A stretch of 64,000 nt of DNA from Pseudovirgaria hyperparasitica (lineage: Eukaryota). Positions within the stretch are counted from its first letter, which is position 1. Every line of letters begins with the position of its first letter. The position numbers were made by a program, and so were the translations under genes. The notes under the pieces were generated by a model. The model worked only from the letters and a program-made list of their open reading frames with translations. It was not told where the DNA came from and did not search any database. Location: assembly GCA_010093815.1 (NCBI GenBank), contig ML996573.1; one strand, given 5' to 3'. Below, piece by piece: positions 50,476 to 63,936 of the stretch.

Positions 50476-51132
50476 TCATAACTCGACCATAGCCAATAAC
50501 GTAACCCCTCTCTTCGTCTCTTCGATCTCCCCAGCGTCACGTTTCAACTTCTCAGCAGACGCTGGCTCATCTCCATCTGGCTGCGCACCATTCGCGGCCG
50601 AGTCAACCGGAACATTGATTCCTGGTCCAACCACGACACCAACGCCGCTCCCGCCCTCGCCTGTGCCAAGCTCAATCTTGGGCTGGTTCGTCATGGCCTC
50701 CTTTGCGTAGTCGAGGGCTTGCTTGAAGTCGCGAATCTTGAGCTTGCGTGCTGCGTCCGCACCGTCAGCTTCAACTTCGCGCTTCACATTTGGGATCGCT
50801 GAAGGGTCAAGGCTCTTGCGGATTGCAGCTGCTGGACTGCCATCTTCTGCTGCTTCGCCAGCCTCGACCGTGGGAGTCTCGACTTGCGCCTCGGTGGGTG
50901 GTGCACCCTCACCTTGTTCGCCCTCTCCTTGTCCGTTTGCTTGTGCTGCATCGGCAGCTCCTGTGGCGAGCGTACTCATCAACGTACTGGCTTCACCTGC
51001 TCCGCCAAGTGATATCTCTCCATCACCCACCACCAAAGCGGGCGAGTAGGCGCCCAGGTTGATGTTTAGGGGGACAGCATAGACCTGGACGGCGGCGAGG
51101 AAAGTGAAAAAGATAGGATATTGGAGCATCAT
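50476..51132 (-). CDS. Secreted fungal protein of unknown function
   Basis: Signal peptide, then PLNINLGAYSPALVVGDGEIS, with KR dibasic (Kex2-like) sites. TATATAA on the minus strand near 51312-51318. Confidence 0.75.
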   Translation of the reverse strand: MMLQYPIFFTFLAAVQVYAVPLNINLGAYSPALVVGDGEISLGGAGEASTLMSTLATGAADAAQANGQGEGEQGEGAPPTEAQVETPTVEAGEAAEDGSPAAAIRKSLDPSAIPNVKREVEADGADAARKLKIRDFKQALDYAKEAMTNQPKIELGTGEGGSGVGVVVGPGINVPVDSAANGAQPDGDEPASAEKLKRDAGEIEETKRGVTLLAMVEL

Positions 51133-52470
51133 GATCACGTTGTGATTCTGGTGAGTAATGTTCTATGCAGGTGGATAACAGGAAGAGAACTGGTAACTAT
51201 TCAGGGAACTCTGCCAGGAGCCGAGGATAAAGAATATGAAATGAGTAGAAGTGAATGCAGAGGCCAGCCTGATGGAGAACAAAGCCAGACATTGATCCTC
51301 CGAGCAGCCTCTTATATAGACACATGAATAGATACAGACAGCTGCCGGTCCATTCTCGACTGAACCATACACGCCAAGCGGCAGCATACAAGCTGGTGAA
51401 ACAACACCGAAGTCGGGGAGGTCTTTTGCCAGGCATGGAGAGCATAGTTATTCAGTAGTAAGAACCCCTCACTCCGTACAAACCAACCTAAGAAGCGCTG
51501 GTAGTTCCGAACACACGTAACGTGCACCTAGGCCAAGTCGTATCTGCAGCGTTTGAGAACAAGGATCAAATCCATCTCCCACACTGCTTGGCAGCGGGGC
51601 GGGACCTGGGGTATGGAACCTCGCCTGAACCCTCGACAAGGGACAAGCAGAGGTTTAGCGTCTTTTCTCCTTGGAAGCATGCATTGATCTCTCTAACAGA
51701 TTAGGCCGCTGCTGGGTGTCACAGCTGTGTCTTCGCCAGTACGTGCTCGGGGAGCTTGCCGTAGTTTGCCGAGTTAAGGTATAGAAGGGTTGTTGGAAAG
51801 GTTAGCATGAATCAATTATGTCTCACCAGAGTACCGGAAGCAATACAATCACAGCTTTATATGCTTGGCGGTGGCATAATAGAAACTACAGTGGCGATGC
51901 CGTAGCTCTTTCCGGATGATCTTGCACATGCAAGTATCGTGTCTGATATCTTAACATGAGTTTGTGTATTCGACTAAGCGAGTAAATTTAGGAACAGACG
52001 TTGCACTGGCTATTAATAAAGTCCTCTATCAGAACAGCCAAGTCATGCATTTCCATATGCAGACATTGCTTCGCAATGCTTATGCATATTTATACCTGGA
52101 CTGGATGACCAACAAACCTGGCACTCCAAGGTGAATATAATGCTAGCTTTTCCTTGAATGCTGATGTTATGTTGATTTTATTGCACAATGCAACCAAGTC
52201 TATGGTCCTAGTAGGTCTAGTTGTGAAATACAGCTACGTTACACTGTCGGTGAATACTAGTGTTTGTTTTATGTGTCGATAGAGCGTCATGTACGTTTCG
52301 AGAATTGCAACAGGCCTATATATGACAATAGATTCAATCAATTATAAAGCTCGTCTATTCGAGCACCCAAAACAAATCCAAAACGCCTATCTAATCGTCT
52401 ATGCCCGCATTCACAGTCTATGTACAGCCCGTCTCTTTCTACATCATCTGACCATTACATTAACAATCTC

Positions 52471-53607
52471 TTATTTCCCCTTCCCATATATTGCCTGCCG
52501 TACCCCGTAACGTAAAGCCATCACGATATCGTATGCCCATCCGCCCCAGCCTCTAACCTTCTCAATCGCATGCAGGATCTCCAAAAAGTTCTTGCTCATC
52601 AGCTCCGTATCCTCCCAGTCGTCCGCATACGCCTCCCACAGCGCTTGTTCAGGAATGTCCTTCCCAGCACCCTTCTGCACTAGTTGAAACTCTCCAGTAG
52701 TCTCGTTCTGCTGCAACTTGACCTTCGGACCAACGACAATCGCACGTCCGACAACCCGTGGGTCACTGACGAACCGCGAGGCAGCGTCGACGACATCTTC
52801 GACTTTTCCAGTGGCGCCACCTGCCAAGGCAATGCGGCCGGCTACAGGCACGATGGGTGTGTCGATGAAGTACGGGCACACCATATTGATCCGGATGCCG
52901 GAGACAAAGCACGTTGAGCGCAGCGCGCGGAAGAGACCGAGGACAGCATGCTTGGAAGACGTGTACTGCGGCTGTGGCGCAAGAGGACCGATGCTTGCCA
53001 TGCTACCCAGCAACAAGATGTGGCGATCACGAGGTCCGCGAGTCGTTGGGTGTGTGGTAAGGTCAACGTGGCGGTTCGAGGTCGGGTTGCGCGGGAGCCA
53101 GAATAGGGCCAAGTGGACGGTGTACAGCACGCCAAAGTAGTTGATCTGGGCAATGCGGAGATCTGGTGGGGGAGGCTCCGCAGCGTCTAGGTTTTTAGGG
53201 GTGAGCAAGGGGTCGACGTTCGCAATGCCGGCGTTTGCCACAACGGTGTCGATGCCGCCTGTTGGGGAGAGTTCGACGGCCTTCTTGAAGAACGAGACCA
53301 TGGACTGCCAGTCGAGCACGTTGGCGTGAATGAAGTAGACTGCTGTGCGGCCGACGGAGGAGTTGACTTCGGCCGCGAGCTTACTGCCGCCGTCGGTGTT
53401 GATGTCGCCCATGATGACGGTTGCGCCGTTGGTGGCCCATTTGCGTACGAAGGCAGCACCGAAGCCGGACGCGCCGCCCGTGATCAGAATCACGCGGTCT
53501 TTGACCCAGGCTACGTCGTAGGGAATGGAGAAGTCAAGGGGAGGCGACATCTTGATGATATGCTGCGTGTTAAGCCTGGCGGCTCCCTCTACTACAGGTT
53601 CTGCCAT
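52471..53607 (-). CDS. Short-chain dehydrogenase/reductase
   Basis: ITGGASGFG, VVANAGI and catalytic YTSSK. The start may instead be 53550. Confidence 0.92.
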   Translation of the reverse strand: MAEPVVEGAARLNTQHIIKMSPPLDFSIPYDVAWVKDRVILITGGASGFGAAFVRKWATNGATVIMGDINTDGGSKLAAEVNSSVGRTAVYFIHANVLDWQSMVSFFKKAVELSPTGGIDTVVANAGIANVDPLLTPKNLDAAEPPPPDLRIAQINYFGVLYTVHLALFWLPRNPTSNRHVDLTTHPTTRGPRDRHILLLGSMASIGPLAPQPQYTSSKHAVLGLFRALRSTCFVSGIRINMVCPYFIDTPIVPVAGRIALAGGATGKVEDVVDAASRFVSDPRVVGRAIVVGPKVKLQQNETTGEFQLVQKGAGKDIPEQALWEAYADDWEDTELMSKNFLEILHAIEKVRGWGGWAYDIVMALRYGVRQAIYGKGK

Positions 53608-54369
53608 GGTGGAAATATAGGGGAAACAGGGGATTGAATTGGAATCTGGGGTACAGTAGGGTCAATACCTTTCTTGGGGATGTTTGAATTATATAACTGC
53701 CACATAAACTAGTTACATATTAGGGTAGTTAGCTTTCTGCTTGACCACATCCAGATGCCTCGGTACAATGTAAGTCTAGGACGCCTTGGTGGAGGCACTA
53801 GGTAGATCTGTAGCCAGATTTGGCATTGCTTACGAGCTTTCGAAGCTTCCCAGACATCCCGAGGCACAAGTCTCAAAACCCGAAAGCTGTGGCTGGGATG
53901 AGTGTGAATGTATATGTTTACATTGTGGTTGTTGTTGTTATAGAATGCAGACCATTGACGTCGATAGCAAGCATGCATATACCCAGGGAAGGGCCACGTG
54001 CCGCTAGTACGGAAACGGAAATTCGACCGCGGACCACAACTCGCGTAAACGGGAGATTTACGTCTGCAGATGCCCCGCGTGCTCGGAGCCCGATCCCGAC
54101 AATATTAGAACCATGGCTCTCCATCTTTTTGCATGAAGCCTGATCTCAAAACAACACCTGTCAAGCGCACTCTCTCGCGCGTGTTCAGTACCGCGGTTCG
54201 ATTGTGAGACTGCCGGTACGCGTGGACGACGAGCTGCTGCGAACGACAAGTACGCGGACTCCAGGCGGCTTGATCAAGGAACTTTGACATCATCCGCCGA
54301 ATTCCCACACAAATTCATTTCACTGCGTCCTCTCGGGCATACACGCTTCCGTGCTTCGAACTCGTCGTC

Positions 54370-55536
54370 ATGGCTGCTCTCGCTGTTAGTCCTCCGCCGA
54401 CTGGCACTCACATTGTTGCGACATTGTTCTATTCAACCACTCTACCTCCTGAGGCTCGCATCCATCCCGATTCTACTCATCACAATCCCCATGACATCAT
54501 CCCGACCGCCTCTCTGACCTCCCTGACTCATGGCTCCGTACCAACTGAGAACATTGATAATTACCCCCTTGAGCCACCGACACCTGGCCCGAATCCCCTT
54601 GATCACCTTTATGGTTCATACATATCTCGGGGATGTCTGACGAGCTTCCGGCAAGCTTTAGCCAAGGTCATTCCAAACTTCCACGATAAGAGCGTACTAG
54701 AGAAGGCATTGGATAATCCGTCATGGCCAAGGGTGATGGAAGTCACGTTCTTCATTCCCACCGGATCACAGATTACGGTCGAGAGCCTGCGGAGGAACGA
54801 GACAATCTCCCGCTATGAGCGAGAATGGAGCATCGAGACAGTCTTTCAAGTCAATGACGTGTGGAGGAGGTACAAGAGACTGGCAGTATTCGACATGGAC
54901 TCCACCTTGATCCAACAAGAAGTCATCGACGAAATTGCGCGCGAGATAGGCGTGGTCAAGGAGGTCAGTGCCATCACTGCTGCAGCAATGAACGGAGAGC
55001 TAGACTTTGAGGAATCCCTTCGTAGGCGCTGTGCGTTACTGAAGGGAGTGCCGAGCACGGTGTGGGAGACGCTGAAAACGCGTATCACTCTCAATACCGG
55101 TGCAGCTGATCTCGTTAGAAGTCTCAAAAAGCTGGGTTTCAAGACCGCAGTCCTCAGCGGCGGTTTCACCCCCTTGGCGGGCTGGCTTGCCGGGGAGCTT
55201 GGCCTTGACTACTTCCACGCCAATCACCTGGTCGTCAGTGCAGATGGCGCGACGTTGACAGGAGAGGTCACTGGCGAGATCGTGCATGCCGAGCGGAAAC
55301 GCTTACATGTATTAGACATTGCGGCGAAAGAAGGCGTCTCCCTACAGCAGGTGATTGCTGTTGGTGATGGTGCAAATGACTTGCCCATGATGGGTGTTGC
55401 TGGTATAGGTGTCGCCTTCCACGCAAAGCCGAGAGTACAGATGGAGGCTCCCGCAAGGTTGAACACGTCGACGCTGACTGACGTACTGTATTTGTTCGGT
55501 CTCACAAAAGAGGAGCAAGAAGAGCTCTTGAGGTGA
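54370..55536 (+). CDS. SER2: Phosphoserine phosphatase (HAD family)
   Basis: LAVFDMDSTLIQQEVIDE, AMNGELDFEESL, LSGGF and GDGANDL. Confidence 0.93.
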   Translation: MAALAVSPPPTGTHIVATLFYSTTLPPEARIHPDSTHHNPHDIIPTASLTSLTHGSVPTENIDNYPLEPPTPGPNPLDHLYGSYISRGCLTSFRQALAKVIPNFHDKSVLEKALDNPSWPRVMEVTFFIPTGSQITVESLRRNETISRYEREWSIETVFQVNDVWRRYKRLAVFDMDSTLIQQEVIDEIAREIGVVKEVSAITAAAMNGELDFEESLRRRCALLKGVPSTVWETLKTRITLNTGAADLVRSLKKLGFKTAVLSGGFTPLAGWLAGELGLDYFHANHLVVSADGATLTGEVTGEIVHAERKRLHVLDIAAKEGVSLQQVIAVGDGANDLPMMGVAGIGVAFHAKPRVQMEAPARLNTSTLTDVLYLFGLTKEEQEELLR

Positions 55537-56377
55537 GCAATACTGGACCAGTGCAGGATCCACTGTCCATCTGTATGGAATAGCCTACCGAAGAGAAATA
55601 TACCCATTATTAGTTCATGCTTGTCAACAACTTATCACTGCCTTGTACTTACATGCGTACTTCCCTTGGACCTGATCTCATGCTCAATAAGATGGGACCT
55701 GCTAGATGCACACCAATAGCTGGAGTTGATAGATAAAGACTTGAAAGCGCCCGAAGACACTCGGGTATGGTGCAGGGGCATATGAACCAGAAATCGTAGA
55801 CAGTTTGTAGTACTACAACGTATTCTCAATACACTCGGAAAGTATGAGACTCATTAATTCTAAAGATACAGGTAGATATCGTACTAGTATACCAGGATAC
55901 CAGCGCCCCTGACCGAACTCATACCTAAATTAGAATAGTGGCTGGTGTAAGGTGTGGCGCGCTTGCAGTGGTTCCCCGAGCTTAAATCGACTGGGTTTTT
56001 CACGCTAGCAAGCATCGATATCCCAGCGCGAATCGGCGCCACAGGCTGACATCGCCGCTGTCGTCTTCCCTGTCAAGTACATTTACTACCTTAGGTTTTA
56101 GGGTGTAGGGTGTCCACAATCACTTCTCATTCACTGCTATAATTCTAGTGCATGCAGAACTCTTCTCTCCTCCAGTCGTGCGGGCGAGTCTAGAGAGAGA
56201 GCGCGGTGGCTAGATTCGCAGCTTTCTCTGCACGCGACTGCATCATCGCCTGCGCTGGAATGAGGTCATCCCGCGAGCATTTCTAAATTCAGTTCTACCC
56301 TCGTCTCGAGCCTCTTGGCTTTTTTGTACCACGTTCTCACGCCTTTTTGCCCAGAAGGCTGCTATTGTCTCACCGAC

Positions 56378-59300
56378 ATGGCTGACCTCCGCGACGAAGC
56401 TGACAATGCTGTTGTGCATACCGTGGTCCCGCCTGCCACCGACTTCCCATACCCATCGTCCAGCGACGCAGCATCAGAGACCTCGGTAGCGAAGCCGGCT
56501 CCTGAGACTGACAAAGAACCTCCAATACCCACCAAGAATGGCGTTCCCCAACCTCGCAAAGCGCAGACTGTACCAGCAGACCTTGGCGCTGTCAAACGTA
56601 GCAGTGCCGAGCTTCCTCGTAGAAAGAATACCCCGGGGCATCTCATGAGGATGGAAACGGTGCCTGACAACCATGAGCATGAAGAGTTGCTGAGGCGCAC
56701 GCGTTCAGATAGACCGCCAATCATAAAATCTTTGTCGGTCACCGGGGGAAGGAGGCGACCAGCCTTCAATGGATCACAGCGGCCGCACTCGCCCCCTGGC
56801 TTGACTCGTGCCATCACATATCGATTTGATGACTACTCCGAGGATGAAGGTGATAGTAGCTCAGACGAGGCTGTTGTTGACCATGGAGAGCATGTTGATG
56901 CTGCTGAGCGTCCGCGCGAGCACCATACGAAGAAGCAGAAGACCAGGAGACCTTCGAGCTCCGATCCTTACAGTCGTTTCTCTGTTGGAAATGATAATTT
57001 CAAAACGAAAGGAAGAGTCTCGAGACGCGATGGAAGACTCAAAATCTCTATCAAAGAGCACGCCACCACAGGATATCTCGCAAAAACGCTCAATGCAGGC
57101 ATCAAACGAACATTGCGACAGTCACAGGCTCATAAGCCTTCTCTCGCTGCTGTCGCTGAGAAAGCTGCCGGCAGTGCGATCATACCAGGCTTTCACATGG
57201 ACGATCGGCCTATACCAAATTTGAATATTGTAATCATGGTGATTGGCTCTCGTGGTGATATACAGCCTTTCATTAAGATCGGAAAGATTCTGAAAGAAGA
57301 GCATGGACATCGTGTACGTATAGCTACGCATCCAACGTTCAAGAAATTTGTGGAAAAGGATTCGGGCCTCGAGTTCTTTAACGTTGGCGGTGATCCGAGC
57401 GAGCTCATGGCCTTCATGGTCAAAAATCCTGGCTTGATTCCTTCCGTTGAGACTGTCCGGCAAGGTGAAATTGGTCGGCGGCGAGCTGCCATGTCCGAAA
57501 TGTTTGACGGCTTTTGGAGAGCATGTATTAATGCTACAGATGATGAGACTGATATGGCTAATCTCAAAATGAGTACGTTAAATCTATCGAGATGGCCACT
57601 GTGCTAACCTGGTCAAGTGGGCAACAAACGCGCATTCGTAGCCGACGCAATAATCGCGAACCCTCCATCGTTCGCACATGTACATATTGCGGAGCGTCTT
57701 GGAATTCCGCTGCATATGATGTTCACCTTTCCATACACCCCCACTACTCAGTTCCCGCACCCTCTAGCCAACATCAAAAGTAGTAATGTCGACCCAAGCT
57801 ATGGAAATTTCATCAGTTATCCACTTGTCGATATGATGACGTGGCAGGGTCTTGGTGATCTGGTCAACAAGTTTAGAAAACATACTCTTGGGATGGAACC
57901 AGTATCAACCCTATGGGCACCTGGTCAATTGTATAGGCTGAAAGTACCATACACATACATGGTAAGCATGGGCACACATTTTGATATGAATTTGCTGACA
58001 AGTCCCAGTGGTCACCAGGTCTTGTGCCAAAACCTTCGGATTGGGGTCCGGAGATTGATATCGCAGGCTTCGTCTTCTTGGAGCTCGCGTCCTCATTTAA
58101 ACCTTCAAAAGAGCTTTCAGACTTTATGAAGGCTGGACCTCCACCTGTCTACATTGGATTTGGTAGCATTGTTGTTGATGATCCTGAAGCATTCACAAAG
58201 ATGATTCTCGATGCTGTAAAGATTGCCGGAGTCAGAGCACTTGTTAGTAAAGGATGGGGAGGTTTAGGTGGTAACGATACGGCCCCTGATAACGTCTTCT
58301 TCCTTGGTAACACTCCTCATGATTGGCTCTTCCCACAAGTTCAAGCTGTCATTCATCACGGTGGAGCCGGCACAACAGCGATGGGTCTAAAATGCGGTAG
58401 GCCGACCATGATTGTGCCTTTCTTCGGCGATCAACCCTTCTGGGGAGCCATGGTAGCTGAGAAGAAAGCTGGTGCACACGAGTGTATCCCATTTAAAAGC
58501 CTTACTACCGAGCTGTTTGCCAAAGGTATCAAGGAATGTCTAACAGACGAAGCCAAAGAGAATGCACAAGTGATCGCACACAGCATTGAAGCAGAAGGTG
58601 ACGGCGCAGCGAACGCCGTGAAAGCTTTCCATCACAACTTACCAATGCAAGGCAGTCACTCTATGCGCTGTTCACTGTTAGAGGAGCGCGTTGCTGTATG
58701 GCATATGAAAGGCACCAAACTTCGATTATCGTCGCTCGCTGCTGATGTTTTGGTCGATCGCAAGAAACTCAAGTGGAGCCAACTCCGATTGATCCGCCAC
58801 AAAGATTGGAACGACTTTGGTGGACCTGGCGAGCCTCTGACGGGAGGTGGTACTGCGCTCGTTCGAACGACAGCAAGTGCAGCAAAAGGTGTCATAGAGG
58901 TGCCTGTCAATATGGTTCGCAGCATTAAAAGGCGCGAGAAACATGCCGAGAAGAAGAAGAAACTCCGTCAACGGCAAGAAAAGGAACTAGAGAAAGTCAG
59001 TTCGGATGGCCTTGCCGACGCGAAGATAGTTTCCAGCCATCCCGAAACCGATGCTCACCAGCCTTCCGCAGACCAGCTTACACGACAAGACACTGATCCT
59101 ATGCTCGACCGCGCTCGCAGGCCTAAGGTTGAACGCAACGATACAAATCTCAGCAAGATCTCCGCCGATCCCTCTGAGAATTTCGTCGAAGAAAATGTCC
59201 ATCACACCCTGCATTCCGCAGGGAAAGTCGGCTCCGCGATTCTCAAGGCGCCCATGGAGCTTTCACTTGCAGTTGCGCAAGGCTTCCACAACGCACCGCG

Positions 59301-60249
59301 TCTGTATGGAGACGAGACAGTGCGTCGCCCTATTCGTGTATCTGGCTTCTATTCAGGCTTGCGCGCTGGAAGAGACGAATTTGTGTACGGCATATACGAC
59401 GCATTCACCGGCTTGTATACGCATCCCAGGGATGGGGTCAAGAGGGAGGGTGCGCTGGGCCTGGTAAAAGGTGTCGGCACAGGCGTAGGCGGACTAGTTC
59501 TCAAGCACCTCGCAGCCGTCATCGGGCCGGGCGCATATGCAGCGAAGGGCGTGCATATGGAATTCCGTAAGAGACACCAACCGACAGGCTTCATCCGGCG
59601 CGCACGGATTCTCCAGGGGCGAGATGACATTGATGGGATCGACAAGGGCGACGAAGACGATGTCGTGGATACCGTGCTACGCGGTTGGAGCATCGTATCG
59701 GACGTAATTGAACTGCAGAACAAGCAGCATGAGCGCGAGGAGAAGAAGCACCATGGCACTGTGAGCAGCTTGTTTGATAAGAGCCATCTCAATGTCAAGC
59801 ATCTCGGCGAGAACTATAGGCAACGTCGCACTGTTGGAAAGTTACAGAGCGTCGCCGTGGCAGAACGTACACTGCAAGCACAAAAACATGGGATGAGCTT
59901 GGAGGAGTTCGAGAAGAAGAAAGTCCAGAATCCCGAAGGAGAGAAGGAAAGCAAGTCTGAAGACACAGGTGGTTGGCGCGGGCGCTTCAACAGAGAGTCC
60001 CGGCGAAATCAAAAAGACAGCAATGAGCGCTCGTCCAGCAAGGCTAGCAAAATCGTAAACTCTAAAGATGCCTCAAGAACGCATTCGGAACCAATTGCGC
60101 TACAGAGTAATGGTTTACTGGTGGCTGAAGACAACAACCTTGGGGAAACTATTAGCAGCAAACCAATGAATGGAACGACACAGTGTGCAGATTTCGCGAC
60201 CATTGATAAGGGATTGGGAAAGGAGAATGAGCGTGTTGCGGTCGCATGA
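56378..60249 (+). CDS. Sterol 3-beta-glucosyltransferase-like (GT1, Glyco_transf_28 N-domain), 2 introns
   Basis: [50 protein letters not shown] and [10 protein letters not shown]. Confidence 0.92.
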
Positions 60250-61321
60250 TCGTACATGTATGGCTGTGTGTGAAGGATTGATCATTTTTCTGCGATGGAT
60301 ACCCCTTTTATGCGTGTAGTGCGTACGTAGAGAGACGGAAGACCGGTGAAATCAAACGAAATGTTCATCTACCATCTTTTTGTGCTTAGTAAGAGCTGCG
60401 TGTGCAGTAGTTTGCATTACATGCTTGAACCAACGAATGATTTGCGAAACACGAGTAAAACATACAGCATTTATAGCTATTTGTGAACCTTAGAGAATGA
60501 AGATCTATGTAATTGCTTTTTCGTCCGATGGGGCAATATAAGAGTTTGAACATGGAGAACAGTGTGTGTTTGAATGGATCTCTTAGAGGCTATGTAAACA
60601 GTTCTCGATATTGCTTTGTTCTGTCGCACATGGGTGGAGAATGCCTTCGATGGCTACGTTAATAAATCCCGGAAGAGGAATTCCATAGGGATGATTGGTG
60701 CATGGCTTCGTGGCAAAAGGGGACTACTTTGCTTGGGGATTTACTGATGACTAGGGCTTTAGTCTACGAGAAGCACTTTTCAGACTTGTTCCTCCTTAAA
60801 CATGTGGTTCTTTGGATGCTACTTGGGCCTGGAACTCCCCATATATAGGTATCTCTTTGGTCTTGTGGACTGCAGTCTCTGGTATCTTTACTTTTGAAGC
60901 ATGAGGATTATCTCTATTGCTGACTTGCATTCTATTCGTTGCTCACCCAGACCCTCTTTCAAGTATACTGTGCGTGCTCGAAGACTCATTTAGTCTCTTG
61001 GTTCCGAGTAAATCGCCACAGTATTCACAAGCCTGAATTCTTTTTCGACGAAATCATCTCTGATATCGGATCCATTTTGGACAGAGCTCAGACCAGTCAC
61101 AGAGCCATAGAAAATGAGCGTGGTTGCGTGCCAAATGACGGTAACGCCCATAAGATACAGTATTGATGTTGCTAAGAAGTCAGATCAAAGCTTCGGGAGA
61201 TGAGGTCGAGCACGTGAAAGAGCTAGTCTGCATTAAGCTTAGCTCCCCTTTCCGCGAAAGTGCCACATCGCGTGTATCATGGACATTTCTGGGTGGTCTC
61301 GGTCATCACACAACACCAACC

Positions 61322-62150
61322 ATGGAGTCGTTATATCGATTGCTGAGGCTGCTACTTTTCATCACAGCGCTCCCACTGGTGACTGCCCTTAAGTTCGACA
61401 TCAAAGCGCACCCGGGTCACGAATCCGCAAAACACGAACGATGCATACGGAATTTCGTTTCACGAGAGCAACTGGTGGTTGTTACCGCTATCGTCAGCGG
61501 TCACCGCGGTGATGGACAGACCTTGAACATGCATGTCAGTATTGGTGCCCAAACAGCCACTTCTGCCTAGGTTAGATATCCTATACTGACTCAATTGGCT
61601 TTCAGATTCGGGATGCTGTTGGTAATGACTATGGAAAGCCCAAAGACGTTTCTGGAGAGAATCGATATGCATTCACGTCACATGCGGACGCAGCATTTGA
61701 CGTTTGCTTCGAGAACATTCGGTCTGGAGGTGTGTCATCCAGTAACGCCCAGAGCCGCCCAGTCTGACTTGTTTACAGGTGGCTCCCAATTTCTCTCAAG
61801 GCACGTCGAGCTCGACATCGACATCGGTGCTGACGCCAAGGACTGGTCGGCTATACAAGCCAAGGAGGCTCTGAAGCCATTGGAAGCAGATCTGCAACGG
61901 ATAGAGGAGAACCTGGCGGAGATTGTGCACGAGATGGACTATTTGCGCGGCCGGGAGCAGAAGTTGCGGGACACAAATGAGAGCACAAATGAGCGAGTGA
62001 AGTGGTTTGCGTTTGCAACAATGGGCGTTCTAGTCTCACTCGGTGCATGGCAGGTCATATACCTGCGAGCGTACTTTCGGTTGGTATCGTCCCTTGACGA
62101 CCATGCGACAATGCTAACGCACAACTTTCAGGTCCAAGCATCTCATTTGA
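61322..62150 (+). CDS. ERV25: p24 cargo receptor Erv25/TMED10 (3 introns)
   Basis: Signal peptide, [37 protein letters not shown] and C-terminal YFRSKHLI*. Confidence 0.92.
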
Positions 62151-63078
62151 TGAACCCTCCATATTTTTTAAAAGACAGTCTTCGAGAGTATATGTCCGCA
62201 TTACCTATGGCCTTGATACCTCGTAATATTACCGCGACCCTAAATAAGGTCAGCATCTGGTATGCCTAGACGATAACGAGATAAAAGATGCAGGAATATA
62301 TCAGCAAATCGATATGAGCACCGCAAGATTGAGCACGTCGTATGAGTATCCACCTATGAAGCAAGGGGCTGCTGTGAAAGACTTTTGCCCGCAAAGATGC
62401 GCAAGCTCACGAAGGGATGCACACCAAGCCAGCAGCTGATTCGATTTGAACCACTTCGAGTATTGGCTTTGCACGCATACGTGTATGCGTAACTATATTT
62501 CGTTTTATATTAAAGCTCTATTGTGTACACGAAGTTCCTACGTCTACTTTTCAGTTCTTCCATTAAGACTGCAACAAACAAGTGCACTCTAGAATCTTAA
62601 TTTCTCATGTATCATTCTGGCATGTAAGACATCATGTACCGTGTGTCCGAATGTCAACAAATCAAGAGCTAGGACATTATGACCAAGTGTGGATGGGAAC
62701 CGAGTTCAACGATTCAGGTACTTCGGGAGCATCGGAAGTCATCCTTGAGTACCAACGACCAACGTCATTTTTGGTGAAAATTGACAAAAGAAATCGCGGT
62801 GAGGTAAGGCTGAAACCCCCAATGTCTGTGCGGGCAGTGACGTAGAATGTTGATGTTGATGGCCCGGGTCGCTCCTTCGAAAACAATGGGATGAACACTG
62901 TTGGCTTGGCACGTTGGCGCGTCGTGCCACGGAGATTTTCATCTGACCCCAACAGAACCCCAAACACAGGACCTGTTAATACTTCCACTGTCCGCCTTCC
63001 TCTGCGCACATCCTATACGTTCCCTCCTACCACCTGAACCTCAACATATTTCTAAATCGTCGTTTAAATCGTCGCATC

Positions 63079-63936
63079 ATGTCTCTTGCGCGCAGCGATA
63101 CCTTTGGCGAGCACGTCTACATTCCCCCGACCGACGACGACGATGACTCTCCCGATCAGACCTCCTCTTGCGAACCAACTCACAATCAACCCACTGCTCC
63201 ACGCTACATGCATCGCATGCTACGTGCCTACCATGCCAGTCCTACCGGCGAGACAACTGCCCTGAAGAAGCCCGATTCGTTCCACAGTCTTACGCACTGG
63301 TTTGTACTATACGTCTACGCCGTGAATGGCCGCGACGATAACTATCTCGGCCCTAAGAATGACACTACTGAGTCATTCTCTAGACCCGACGAAAATCTAC
63401 AGAACATATGTATGGATGCCATCCGCGAGTACTTTCGCTTGCGAAACCTTGCCGCAACCCCCTTCCGTATCGAGTATCTGTATAAGTCTCTGCCCAATGG
63501 TGAAGGTGACCTTATGAAGAAGTTCCTGCTCCAGACCGTTGCCTGGAGACTTACCAAGGAAGGTCCATCCACTGGATTCAAGTCGGCCCCTCCTGAACCC
63601 CTCTCTATCTGGGTAAAGGAGAACACGGCCAGCAATGCGCGAAGCCTTTCTCCAAGCTTCTTACATATGCTCGACAGGAATCATGATATCTGCCGAGATT
63701 TCTGTATTGTCATGTCCAATGTTTCGATCGTTGGCCGAGACGCTATGAAGGATGCTAGACAGGGCCCAACGGAGAAGTGGCATGTGGGAAGTGTTCAAGC
63801 GTCCGATGGAGGTGTCAAGATGCAGCGAGAGAGCTCCAAGGATTCAGGTTATGGTGATGAGATGAATGAGATGAAAGAGGCTACCGAAAACTTGAGGAAT
63901 ATCTCGCTTGGTTCCTCGGTCGCCGCTGGTGCCTGA
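63079..63936 (+). CDS. Hypothetical protein; the middle resembles the helical segment that follows BTB domains in fungal proteins
   Basis: 285-aa ORF with coding-like composition. LYVYA...LQNICMDAIREY...IEYLY...MKKFL pattern. Confidence 0.55.
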   Translation: MSLARSDTFGEHVYIPPTDDDDDSPDQTSSCEPTHNQPTAPRYMHRMLRAYHASPTGETTALKKPDSFHSLTHWFVLYVYAVNGRDDNYLGPKNDTTESFSRPDENLQNICMDAIREYFRLRNLAATPFRIEYLYKSLPNGEGDLMKKFLLQTVAWRLTKEGPSTGFKSAPPEPLSIWVKENTASNARSLSPSFLHMLDRNHDICRDFCIVMSNVSIVGRDAMKDARQGPTEKWHVGSVQASDGGVKMQRESSKDSGYGDEMNEMKEATENLRNISLGSSVAAGA

